Origin: Octopus sinensis
Taxonomy: Eukaryota
Assembly: GCF_006345805.1 (NCBI RefSeq)
Contig: NC_043008.1
Span: 58,590,001-58,654,000 of the forward strand
DNA: 64,000 nucleotides
Direction of reading: 5' to 3'
A program made the translations under genes and the position numbers. The notes under the pieces were generated by a model that was not told the origin of the DNA, searched no databases, and worked only from the letters and a program-made list of their open reading frames with translations. This document shows positions 51,960-64,000 of this stretch, in pieces (the stretch's first letter is position 1; each line of letters starts with the position of its first letter).

Positions 51960-52534
51960 CAATTAAATTAGAGATAAAACCACTATTAGGCAAATCAAAC
52001 AGTGAAAAACATAAACCAAAACGTAGAAATAATTTTAATATTTTTATTCTTTTTTATTCTAATAGTGGTTTTATCTCTAATTTAATTTATATTTATACTG
52101 TAAAATTAGATTTAATCCTAAATCTAATTTTTTCCTGTAAGTTTCGATTTACTCCCTAATATTATTTTTATTATAATTTATATATATATATATATATATA
52201 TATAACCTAAATTAGTCACCGACTTGCTACTCCAAGTTTCATCTGCGGTTTGTACATTATATATAGTTTTCTAGCAATAGGGTATGATGATGAGAGGAAG
52301 TCTACTAATGGGTGTGAATAGGGTGATGGAGGAAAATCAGGAGAGAAGGAAAGAAGAAGGAAAAGAAAGGGGTAATAGAAATAAAATGAAACATAATAAA
52401 AGTTAATTAAATACAGTAAAGGTAGAGGGGAACTGAAGCGGAATCACAAAGAGGAAACAGGTATTTGAGTGAAGAATTTGGAATACAAAATGATGAACTC
52501 TTAGAATTATTGAAAGTGAAATATAATATAGTAT

Positions 52535-52573
52535 GGTTAGGGTTAGGGTCAGGGTTAGTGTTGGGGTTAGGGT
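52535..52573 (+). repeat. Degenerate (GGTTAG)n interstitial telomere-like tract
   Basis: ggttagggttagggtcagggttagtgttggggttagggt. Confidence 0.7.
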
Positions 52574-52779
52574 GAACTTGAGTGAAATGATGATTAGGAA
52601 TGTTGTGAATAAAATATTAAGAATTGCTGAAAAACGAAACGGATTCATAACTGGGGGCACTGTTTTGGAGAAAGGACCAATAATTCGAAAAATAAAATGA
52701 AAAATAAATAAAATACGAATGAAGAGTAATTGGCAGTAATAGAAAAAAATGGAAAACAGATATTCAAAGAACATTATGA

Positions 52780-53320
52780 GGACAAAAACTGGAAAATTAT
52801 TTTGTAATATTATTGCGAAAAATGATTAGAAAAACTGATTAGCAAAAGTGATTAGAAAAAATACCGTGGAAGACGATGCAAAGATAACGGAGTACATCAG
52901 AATTTAAAGATATTGGAAATTTTGGTAAAAATTATAAAATCTATGAAAACCAAACAGGAAAAAAACAGAAATAGCAGGAAGACAGCAATAAATTTGCTTT
53001 ATTTCTGTTTAAACAAGTAAAAAGTTGAAACGTGAAAGGAAATTTGGGCAAAATATTAATTAAGAAAGCGAGGAAGATGAGTAGAGCCAATGAAGGTGTT
53101 GAGATGATACAAGGGTTCAATACCAGGTTATAACAATGATAATAAATATATTGAGTATAAGTACTGACGGAGGTGTCCGATAAATATAACATAAAGAGAG
53201 ACTGGGGATTGGACTAGTTCAATGATTAGGTCCTTAAGCCGGGGTTGATTATGTGAAGTGCATATCTTCTGCGAATGACAATAGTTCCAATGATGGTTAT
53301 ACGGAATAAAGATGAAGTCA
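52780..53320 (-). mobile_element. Possible highly decayed PLE RT
   Basis: Weak traces only: LIIELV, FIGHL, FPISLNSDVLRYLC (compare IP.SQF.RLRRLCS); purine-rich plus strand, like an inverted PLE tail. Confidence 0.25.
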
Positions 53321-53997
53321 ACGAAGAAAAGGAAGGAGAGAATTCTAATGACAGTGGTGGGATAAGCAGTAGATATAGTAGATAAGCAGTAGATAAGGAT
53401 GAAGCGGGGCCTAAGATTAGAAATCTGCGTTCAGGGTTACTGTTATCCTGTAGCCTCATAGCTTGAATTTCACGCTAGAAGGAACAGCTAAAGTTCAAAC
53501 CACTATTAGGGATAAAAACTCGAATGGAATGAAAAATAATAACATTTACCATCTATCTCCTGGATCATGGTTTCTGAGTTTTCTTAGCAAATAAAATAAT
53601 TTGTTAGGCGAAGTCTTCATCAACATGTACGCCTAGATTAAACATATAAGTACGAGGCAAATCCAACATATGCCTCTTGCTTATACATTATAACTTTTCC
53701 AATCAACCGCGCAAGCGCAGTTTTTTTCTCGGCAGCAGAATAATACCGGCATTTCTTCGAGCAATTTTCCAGAAATTGCTTATATATCGGTGCACAACTT
53801 TCAACGCCGTGTATGCCTCTACTACTCTTTTACTACTACACAACTGTGCTCTTGACAGCTACTCTACTCTGTTCTAGTCTCTCGACGTATAGGCTTCTCC
53901 CTCTATATCTACGTATTGGGCTAGCCTACTTCACCGTCTGGGGGCGTCCACACAACAGTATATAGTATGGGTGTGTGAATTTATATGTATGTATGTA

Positions 53998-54078
<81 letters not shown>

Positions 54079-54182
54079 ATTAATAAAAAAAACGAGAAAA
54101 AGACAAGGGAAAACAACAACGCGAGGACATGGTATGTGTAAACTCTTAATGAGACGGTCTGAGAAGTAGAGAAAAAGTGGTT

Positions 54183-54217
54183 GTTTTACGTTCCGTGCAA
54201 AGCTCTTCTTCGGAAAC
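54183..54217 (-). ncRNA. Decayed minimal hammerhead-like motif (CCGAAGA core)
   Basis: Reverse complement GUUU-CCGAAGA-A-GAGC uuu GCAC-GGAA-CG-UA-AAAC. Confidence 0.4.
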
Positions 54218-55289
54218 TGGAGACATAGAAAAGTCTAAAAGAAAAATCGCCAACAGGCCACGTTTAGTTACAGACAGCTAGATAGAAAGATAGATAGATA
54301 TACAAATATATAAAAGTCTGTGTGTGTGTACTTTTTTTTTTGTTTAGGAACCAATATGGTGAGTAGTATAAAACTATTTCAGACATATGTGAAAAGGCAG
54401 CCTCTTATCTCATAAACTAAAAAACTGCGCAAATAGCCACAAATCTAGATATTGAAGATAGCCACAATTACTAGTCATAAAAATGCAACTGTAATATTCG
54501 AGAATCATATACATAACTCGACACAGAACTATTTATGAGAATAATTAATCTATTGAAAGTGTAGCTACGTAAAACAGCAAAGCAATTTTAGACTAAATTT
54601 TATCTAATTTTCACTACAGCTCACACCTAGCCATTGTAAAAATAGAGAGGCAGTAATAAAAAGGATTATGGCCATACATCACAGAAAATATACGTTTGTA
54701 CAATTTGACAACAAATGATGCTGCCGTTTTAGCGCAATAGATCATCGTCTGCAACAACTGAAATTTTTCACCCAATTCTTTCCTATCTCCATATTATTCT
54801 ACTCACTAGATATACTTCACTTTCTTTACAGATAAATATTTGGATATAAAAATTGTTATTTTCTTAATGCTTGTCATATACTGTGAAGGTTCATATATCG
54901 ATCGTGTTATCTACAGGTAAGATAGTCTTGTTCTCAAAATCATGCACTCTACAGCCAGTGTTAAATTGAGAAAGAAGCCGTCCTTTCTACTATAATGATT
55001 TGATACGAAGATTGCAATGAATACTAACATGAAAAGTGGGCACTTCTTAGAGTTCTAACGTGAATACTATTACTCCATATAAAAATATCCAATGAAACAA
55101 TCCATTACACGTTGATCTTATCCAACCACATTACATAATAAACACCTTCTGAGACTCGCTAACATACAATTAATCACACACGAACCTTCAAACAGCTTAA
55201 GACTCAACAAATTTATTAACAGGCAAAATACACCCCAACAGGCAACGCCTCCAAACGCAGGAATAGAAAATGAATAAATCATTTAATAT

Positions 55290-55760
55290 CCTTGTCGCAT
55301 CACCAGTAATCACATCCATTGGCAATCACTTCCTAAATCTCTTCCATTTGCAAACGTATCGTTCTACCTGCAATCCTACTTTGCTCAATATATCCTACTA
55401 TAAAGCTCCTACCTTTGCCTAGACTATCTCTCATATCAAGTACAAAATCCTGGACACGTGACATACAATGTAACATAGAAGATACTGCAACTTTTGAAAC
55501 TTACATAACTGCCCACTTAACAGTATATACCTCCACGAAGACATTTTACTGTCCTAAAGTTATCACACATTCTCCAGATATCTTGACAAATACTAACACT
55601 AATTTACAAATACAAGTGATCAGACAACACACACTCTGGCTACGTTGGGTTTTAGAATCTAAATGATATCGACACGACATTTTCCTTCACTTAGAACATT
55701 CGGCAAAGTCTTACAAGTCAAATTCTGAATTCTGTATCAGAGAGAAAGTGTACAATTTAT
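55290..55760 (+). mobile_element. Decayed PLE linker/GIY-YIG fragment
   Basis: SIGNHFLNL, TIKL and a terminal EFCIREKV (compare C.LC..EK). Confidence 0.45.
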
Positions 55761-56436
55761 GGAGCAATCATGTTATCTGCAGCTTAAAATATAGCTAGTT
55801 TCATATTGCAAATACTATACCAAAAAACGAAAACAAAAGAAAAAGAAAGATATATCCATATTTTTAAGATTGTACAATATATCCCATTCTTAACATTCCA
55901 CAACAATCTGTACCATTATTAAACATACCCTCATAATTACAAGTGTGGAAATGTATTTTAGTGGTTGTACCTCTATGCATATGTATTTGCGGTGACGTAA
56001 TGTATATATCATTACCTATCTGAATTTTCTTGTCTGTATATATTTGTATGTATGATTGTACATCTGTGTTCTTCCAACAACGTACGATATATATTTGTGT
56101 TCCAGGGGAATGGACATGTCTGCGCACACATTCCTGCATGCAGTATATTATATATGCACACATATACATGCATAGGTGCAACCTTTCCATTCATGGGTAC
56201 ACCAGATGTATACAGCGAACAATATATATGCCCTTACGTACTTATATTATCTATAAGTGCACATAAATATATGAAAACGATATACACACATATATACGCA
56301 CATAAATACATAATTGCATACATACATATATATATATATATATACATATATATGCATACACACATACATACATGCACAGACATACACCCGCAAACACACA
56401 CGCACACAAGCACACATACGCGCACACACACACACA

Positions 56437-56700
56437 CAGAAGGTGTGTGAATAAACTGTCTTCTAAGTTACGCAAAAATGAAAATAGCACTGACATCTCA
56501 TTTTAACATATATTTACCAAAATTACATAAAAATATCTTGAAATACTATAGTGTAAATTTATCCAGTAAAATAGCATTTGGATTCAACCACGGCCTGGAA
56601 TATCCTGCAACTCTTCCTTGTTTAAGTTGGTGAATGCTGCCATAATCCTCGTCTTCAGTTCATCTATGGAATTACATGGAGCTTTGTTGGTCTCCACTCG
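56437..56700 (-). mobile_element. maT-like mariner 3' end (homologous to 62232-62630)
   Basis: Shared aaattacgcaaaaatgaaaat...ctgacatctcattttaac; reverse complement encodes ELKTRIMAAFTNLN...AVVESKCYFT. Confidence 0.75.
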
Positions 56701-56709
56701 ACTAAATTA

Positions 56710-57250
56710 TATACACCCTAGAAACTATAAAATCAAATATACAATACCACGTGTAACATTACAACTTATAAAATGCCTTCGGTCTGAATACCTCTAATTG
56801 CCCTCCCTACGTTCATACCTACTACCTCCTCTTTTCGGGTTATCGTTATCTACTCCCTACCTCTAATTTTAATCCCCTGTCTCTTTAAATGTAGGTTATA
56901 TGTATCTCTTATTATTTTCTATAAATTTTTACTTTTTTTTCTTATTTTGATATTCATACCTATTAACCTCTTTTCCCTTATAAGTTGTTACTGTTTTAAA
57001 TAGATTTTTTCAGTTATTTAATTCTATGCGAAATGGTTATATTATATCCATATAAATGCATAAATATTTGTGTATGGATATATATGCATATATCCACATA
57101 ATCTATTAACCTCTTATCCCTTATAAATTGTTATATTTCTTGTCGGTAAATAGATACTTTCAGTTACTATGCGAAATGGTTATACTATATAAACGTATAA
57201 ATATTTGTGCATGTGTATGTGTGCATGTGTGCACATATATAACTACATAT
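56710..57250 (+). mobile_element. PLE C-terminal remnant ((A)FGLN) with pyrimidine tail and a degenerate ~143-bp tandem duplication
   Basis: ccttcggtctgaat near 56777; duplicated units start at 56958 and 57101. Confidence 0.45.
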
Positions 57251-59779
57251 GTGTATCTGTACACATCTTTATTTTTTCTGATTCATGGTTTAAAATGAAT
57301 ATATAGCTATCATGTTTATCGTTCTGGTATTCCATAAGTAAATGCCTTCAGCAGTCTTTATAGAAACCACCTAAAATAATTAATTAAGTACATGAATGAA
57401 TATTAAACTGGTTCCATGTAATCTTTCCTTTTTAATGTTTATAATTGATATATACATACATTTTACCTATTTTGGTTATGCTATTATTTTTGAAAATCTT
57501 AAATTTTATTTTTATACAACATAACAATATTGTTTATAAACAATCACCCATAGTGCCGTAAGATAAAATTTCCTCTGTGTTAACACTCTAGGTGCCTTAG
57601 CGTATTGCCCCTTTAACTGGTAATTAACATCGTGCTTTAGATCTTCCCCCACCCAGCCTCTTTTCATAGACAGTTACTCTATATCAAATTGACTACTCCT
57701 AATGTCTTCTTTCCTCACTAAAGAAAAGGGATTCCTATGACAATATTTATGACCATACCTAGCCATTAGCTGTCAAATAACTCTTGTCCTTTATACAAAA
57801 CGGACACAGTCCTCTAGTCTTAGATTTAGTAGCTGATAAGGAGATCAATGAATTAGAAATGAATTACAATCCTTTACAAGCTATGACCCCAATAGTCTTA
57901 GTGCGATTCTTGGAAGTATAGTCTATTCGTACCTACAATAGCGATAACATGAATTTCTTCAATTTTTTTGCTTTGTTAAAGTATTTGAGAAAAATTATAT
58001 TAATGTGACCGACTGGTTAAAATTCTATTTATTTATTTGTGCAGCTGATAAATGCACTGCATTTTAATTGATGTAATGATTGCATTGTTTGATTAAATGG
58101 AGTCGCTTGAAACGGCCGTACTGCATCACTACTCGATATATACTTGAGTATTTGGCTTTGAATCTCTCTCGATATGTCGTTGTCCTTGTCTGTATTTTAG
58201 TCTTTAGTAATTTTATTCCTAAACGTTTCCATCTATTTGGAACCCCTCTACCTTCTACTTATTTTCTTACTTTCGCATTTTCAACCATACAAATATCTCC
58301 CTTTCATCCGAACATCATTTCTAACACATCTCTATCTCTCTCTTTATCTCTCCACCTTTTCTCTCTTTCACTCTCTCTCTCTATATGTTTATCTCTCTCC
58401 CTCTCAATTTCTTCTCCTCTCTCACTTTTAAAAAGATAAATATATAAAAAGTACAGAAATTAAACAATTCTATGTTTATATTTCTCTACACGACTAGATG
58501 TCCCTGATGAATATCAAGCAAAAAATTAATTTTTATTCTGCATCATCCGAAATTCCATCTCGCAAAATGTTTTGCATACTTCTCATTGATAGTTAAGGTA
58601 TTGTTCTTAATTACATACCATAACAGACGGCCAATAAACTTAATTCTTCTGTCTCTATATCTTCCATGAATACCAAAAAGGAAGGAAAGAAAGAATCAAG
58701 GGCAAAAAGAAAGACAGAAAAAAAGAAAATATCGTTGTTTATGCTAACATAAACAAACCCATATTTGAACACCGAAACACGTACATAACTCATCACTCGC
58801 ACCAACAGATAAAAACAAACAGAATGAAGTATAAGCGCACTAAACAAAATACCCACTTGCATCATAAGAAACAACACGCACAAAAGCACCCACGTACACA
58901 CACATATACACACACAAACACACACACATACACACCGCGCGTGTGTATCATTTTGAAGCCAAACCACCAATGATAGTTGCAATATCTATTTCTTAAATCT
59001 TCTCTAAGCCGAAGATGCTCAGACAAGATGAAATCACAACACATAGAAATTCTCTCAATATACAAGTTTCTATAATAAATTGCCGATATACCAATGTTAT
59101 TAAATTCTCTCCGTTTCAGAAGCGGCAGTACATAATATTTACTACGTAATATTTTCTCTATCTCTCTGTTTATAGTACACACACGCACATACATTAATAC
59201 ATTCATACATATATACATACATGCATGCATACCATACACACATGTTGACCGCTTCCTCATTCGACAATATAAGATGAGGATGTCGGTACATGAATCGATT
59301 GCCTTGTGAATGATGTTTTTGAAAGTTTTAGGCGGCGCCATTGACTGGCCGTGGCGGAATGACTGAAAGGGAGTAAAATATAAAAGCGAAAAAATAATAC
59401 ACACACGTACGTACATATACGCACAAATGCACATATACAGACACACACACATATACACACACACACGCACAGATATATACATATACATCTAGCGAGCAGT
59501 TACAGTATTTACTGGTATTTAAAATTAATGGGTAGAGTGTATTGCTAATTATCATATGTTGGAAAGCAGAAATTGCCGCCATGCACACACACACACATAC
59601 ATATATATATCCACACACACATATATAAATACTATTTTAAACAGAATTGCGCTTTAATTGCAGTTAATATTTAAACTTCAACAACTAAAAGTTCTTCAAG
59701 ACAGTACACCAGCATATCCGTAGTTTAATCATTGAAACATGTAACAGATACAAGTAAAAGATAAAGAGGTATACATATA

Positions 59780-59868
<89 letters not shown>

Positions 59869-59871
<3 letters not shown>

Positions 59872-60080
59872 CGGAGATGTCCTCGCATAGCAAGTAATTT
59901 GATCTGAGATCGTGTGCTGAAACGAAAACAATTGCAGCGTGGAAGGTGTTTATATGCCATTTAAGAAACACACAAAAGCCGTTCGATTCACTTCAACATT
60001 TAAGTTTAATTTGTCAAAATATTTTCGTCGCTTTAAGACTTCGACCTGTTCACTGACAGCACGGATTTTTGTCAGTGAAA
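59869..60080 (-). mobile_element. PLE-like terminal repeat abutting (TA)n
   Basis: Reverse complement ends tctccgtaa-(TA)n like the 48185-48364 pLTR, and contains a hammerhead-like motif. Confidence 0.55.
60012..60058 (-). ncRNA. Hammerhead-like motif with a compensated G3:C8 core
   Basis: Reverse complement UGUCA-GUGAACA-G-GUCG aagucuuaaag CGAC-GAAA-AUAU-UU-UGACA; palindromic AAUAUU stem III. Confidence 0.6.
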
Positions 60081-60529
60081 CAACTGGTGAAATCATACAC
60101 GATTAGAAATAGTCATTTATTAGAAGAAACCAACGCCTATTGCAGTTTTAGAATATATATTTGTTAAGTTTGATAAATGGAATTTATGTTTTTAGGAACG
60201 AAATATTTCCCGTGTGTATTCGAATCCTCAATAATTCATGGGTACAAACTGTAGAAATATTGCGAATATGGCATTATGGAACGAATAATACTGTGCGTAT
60301 AGGATGGCAGGTATTATGTAGGTTTTATGAAGAGAATGTAATACGCAGGTGATTAGGTATTATGAATGTTAATATATTGTAGAGAAACACACAGACACAG
60401 GGATATATAGGCAGACACACACATACACACATACATAATATATATGTACATAGATACATGCATATGATTGAAAAGCAGTATATTATATATATGAAGATCT
60501 CTCAGAGGATACGGAACTCTGGAAATGTT

Positions 60530-60955
60530 GCGCACCTTCAACAGGGTTTGGACGCAATATAGAGGTGAGCTGAGGACAATAACATGTAGTTAAGGCTTTG
60601 AAATTCCAGGCTCTGTGCTACCAGCACACGAAGCTGAATGAAAAGTAGACAAGATACACTGACCCAAGAAAGATCGCAATCTGTGATGCAAAACCAGTCT
60701 GCGAATTGGGCATTGCCATGAGCAATGGTGCATCTTTGCAGGTTCATATGACTAAGTTTGCAACAAAATGCAGATGGTTGTTCGGATGGATATTTAGAAC
60801 TTTTAATACGAGAGAAAAGGAAACCATGACGGAAGTCTGGAATACATTTGCCGTTTAGACTACTGCTCCTAACTATGGTCACCACACAGTGTAAAACAAA
60901 CGACGGAACTCGAAGTAACTCAGAGAAGTTACACATAGAAGATTGTCTCAATGCG
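60530..60955 (+). mobile_element. CR1-group LINE RT C-terminal fragment
   Basis: LQQGLDAI, GWIFRTFNTR, LDYCS*LWSP, LEVTQRSYT. Confidence 0.75.
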
Positions 60956-62169
60956 GCAAAGATGGAAGAAAAAAGCACAAAAGTGGCAGACCAAAGGTGA
61001 CTTCACTACGAGATTTTAGAAAAATCAAGAGGAGTGTGCTAGCAAACCCACACAGCACAAGCAAAGCTATTTTCGACCATGCAGGAGTGTCTGACATCTC
61101 TAAAAGGACCCGAACACCGACAAAATGTTCTCCTTTGAGTGATATCAACTGTCAGAAGCGACTAGCATGGGCCACTAAATATTTGAAAACCAATTTTCAA
61201 AATGTTGTCTGGACTGACGAGGCTAGAGCAACCATCAACGGTCCCGACGGTTGGACCAAGGGATGACTTCTTAAAGGCAATAGCCCACGCTTGCGATTCA
61301 GACGTCAACAGGGAGTAGGGGGAGTGATGATTTGGGCTGGGATTATTGAAAGTGAGATTGTTGGTCCTTTTCTTGTCCCTGAAGGTGTCAAAATGAATTC
61401 TGTGAACTACTGCGAGTTTTTGGAAGAGAATTTATTGCCCTGGTTGAATTCACAAAATGATGCTGTCAACCAGAATCTCATTATTCAACAAGACAATGCC
61501 CCAAGCCATGCTTCTCGGTTCACAAAAGCTTGGCTTTCAGACCAGGGGATCTCTGGAGAAGGTCTAATGGACTGACCACCTAAGAGCCCGGATTTGAATC
61601 CGATAGAGAACCTCTGGTCGATTCTGAAGAGGAAGGTTTACGAAAACGGGCATCAATTTAACAGTAAAAAAAGACATTTGGGAGAGGATCAAGGAGGTAT
61701 CTTCTGAAATCACACCTCAACAAGTGCATAAATTAACATCCTCTGTTGATAGGAGGCTGATGGATTTGATTAAGAATGGAGGAAAGCGTATAAAGGGTTA
61801 AATTGTTTTATAAATTTGTATTGTTTTGTTAATAGTTATTTGAGCAATAACTGTTGTTTTCTTGTAATATGTTATCAATACATGGTACTATTATCATATT
61901 GACACAATGTTTCAAATTATATTATGTTTAAAAATGTTATTTATTTCGAATAAATGAGTCTTGCAAACTCTTTTGGCCCATATTTCTTCCTGAAATTTTT
62001 TTAAAATCCATATTTTCCCCCCAGAATATGATTAGTTGGTTTCCGTCTCTAGGAATTTACTTTATATATTTGCATATCGAACAATGAGTAACATAGTTAT
62101 TATATTGGAAAATATTGAAGCATAAATTTATCAATATATACAATTTGCAAACACTTTTGACCCCCACAG
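60955..62169 (+). mobile_element. Tc1-like DD37E (TRT-type) transposon, 5'-truncated, with transposase pseudogene
   Basis: WTDEARAT.NGPDGW (D at 61216), QQDNAPSH (D at 61492), SPDLNPIEN (E at 61606), exactly 37 codons between D2 and E; TGG-to-TGA stops at 61264 and 61573; one frameshift near 61670; stop at 61799-61801; terminus cccccacag|TA. Confidence 0.92.
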
Positions 62170-62231
62170 TAGTATTGACGGAAAATGTTAAGACTCTACT
62201 CTCGGAAACGAAAGTAAGATATGCAGTGATA

Positions 62232-62630
62232 TACGGAGTGCGGTGAATAAAATGTCTAAATTACGCAAAAATGAAAATAATACTGACATCTCATTTTAAC
62301 AGATATATTTACCAAAATTACATAAAATATATCTCGAAATATTAAAGAGTGAATTTATTCAATAAAATCGCCATTGGCTCCAACCACGGCCTCCGGGCGA
62401 CTTCGGAATCTGAATCTCCTGCAACTCTTCTGGACCGTCTCCTTATTTAAGTTGGGGAATGCTGTTATAATTCTTGTCTTGAGTTCATCTTTGATGATAC
62501 AAGGAATTTTGTTGGCATCTCGCTCAACTGCGCCCCACACATAATAATTAAGGGGTTGCAGCCTGGGAAGTTAGGTGGCCAGATGTTAGGGGTGATGTGG
62601 TTGCAGGAATTGTCTGACAGCCATGACTTT
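62232..62630 (-). mobile_element. maT-like mariner 3' end
   Basis: SWLSDNSCNHITPNIWPPNFPGCNPL / WGAVERDANK...DELKTRIITAFPNLNKETVQKSC...EAVVGANGDFIE*. Confidence 0.88.
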
Positions 62631-62777
62631 GCCTTTGTCAATGACAATAACTGAACTGGTCCTGTATATACGTGCATATATATGTATATACGCATGTGTA
62701 TACGTAAGTATTCATATGTTTGTGTATATATATATATGTGTAACAATCCTTGGTATATGTCATTGACGAAGGCAAAG

Positions 62778-62820
<43 letters not shown>

Positions 62821-62832
62821 ATATATATATAT

Positions 62833-63136
62833 ATCACGTGATCAGGTGACCGACCAGACCATCAGATGTTGCTACACATCGCTGGTCACAATGCGTTCGC
62901 ATTGTTTTAGCCTTCAAATGACGCCACCCCGCTGGCTAAGCGAGCAGGCCAACAGAAGAAAGAGTGAGAGAAAGAGTGGTGAAAGAGTACAGCAGGGATC
63001 ACCCCCCCCTGCCGGAGCCTCGTGGAGCTTTCTAGGTGTTTTCGCTCAATTAACACACACAACGCCCGGTCTGGGAATCGAAACCGCGATCCTACGACCG
63101 CGAGTCCACTTCCCTAACCACTGGGCCATTGCGTCT

Positions 63137-63138
<2 letters not shown>
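62833..63138 (-). mobile_element. SINE family C with a cacgtgat-ending tail
   Basis: Reverse complement closely matches 50211-50524. Confidence 0.92.
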
Positions 63139-63230
<92 letters not shown>

Positions 63231-63231
<1 letters not shown>

Positions 63232-63339
63232 CGGGAAGCTTTATGAAAATAGACAAAAGACGAAGGCAGGTGGAATACAAACAAACAATTGTATTAGTAT
63301 GGCGCTCAGGAAATATAAATAAAACAAGTCTTTAACGTT
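63231..63339 (-). mobile_element. Solo 3' piece of the 49780-49999 pLTR, embedded in (TA)n
   Basis: Reverse complement aacgttaaagacttgtttt...gagcgccatactaatac...aagcttcccgt is near-identical to 49858-49997 apart from an internal duplication there. Confidence 0.9.
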
Positions 63340-63603
63340 ATATATATATATATATATACACAGCCAGAAACCCAGGGCCTGGACTTATCCAATTTTCACT
63401 ACTTTATTCATCCATTTGTCTTTTAATCTTGTGCTATATTGAATACATGATGTGGTTTTAGAGTCAGGTTTTGACTGCTATTTCAAGCATGGTGGTATCT
63501 CTTAGATACCTTTATTGATAATTTTAATAATATTTATAACCTATAAGATTTTTTCTTCCCATGTTGCCGCTTGATTCGATCGTTATCTTAATAACGCTCT
63601 TAT

Positions 63604-63656
<53 letters not shown>

Positions 63657-63886
63657 GGGGGGCTCGTGTGTGTATAATACATGCAAACATGATTCTACTT
63701 AAACCTAAGTGAATTCACATACGAATAGCATATAAAAAGAAATTATAATAATAGCACCTGCCGTATGTTTGCTAATTGATGGTTAGGAGTAATATTTGCA
63801 ACGCTAAAAACACGAAAGCAAAAGTTTATATTTTATATCGAGCCTTGGAAACATGATTTAGCATCCATTTTCGAAAATAAATGCGA

Positions 63887-63887
<1 letters not shown>

Positions 63888-63923
<36 letters not shown>

Positions 63924-64000
63924 GTTATTATCATTATTATCATTATTATTATTATTATTTTTATTATTATTATCATTATTATCATTATTATTATTATTAT
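63888..64000. repeat. (ATT)/(ATC) trinucleotide array
   Basis: Direct inspection. Confidence 0.95.

Noticed and set aside
58504-58560. CUGAUGA...GAAA...UC
   Set aside because: Stems I and III do not form; at best a very decayed relic.

Overview
AT-rich, microsatellite-dense eukaryotic DNA with no host protein-coding gene I can support; it is probably intronic or intergenic. The repeat content looks like an octopus (coleoid cephalopod) genome, but that is inferred from recalled SINE families, not from a search. The window is a patchwork of four tRNA-headed SINE families (labelled A-D here), decayed LINEs (RTE, R4/Dong-like, CR1-like), Tc1/mariner remnants (including a DD37E transposase), several MITEs with clear TIR/TSD, and many Penelope-like element (PLE) pieces. 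Nearly all ORFs in the supplied track are simple-repeat artefacts. The exception is the open PLE RT-thumb/GIY-YIG frame at 48386-49123. The most notable signal is a set of type I hammerhead-ribozyme-like motifs (about nine copies, five core variants: CUGAUGA, UUGAUGA, CCGAAGA, CUGUnGA and the compensated GUGAACA). Most have a palindromic stem III. Two long fold-back palindromes (11012-11454 and 20697-21121) each carry a divergent pair of these motifs and end in or next to (TA)n. All RNA folds were done by eye and none is shown to be active.
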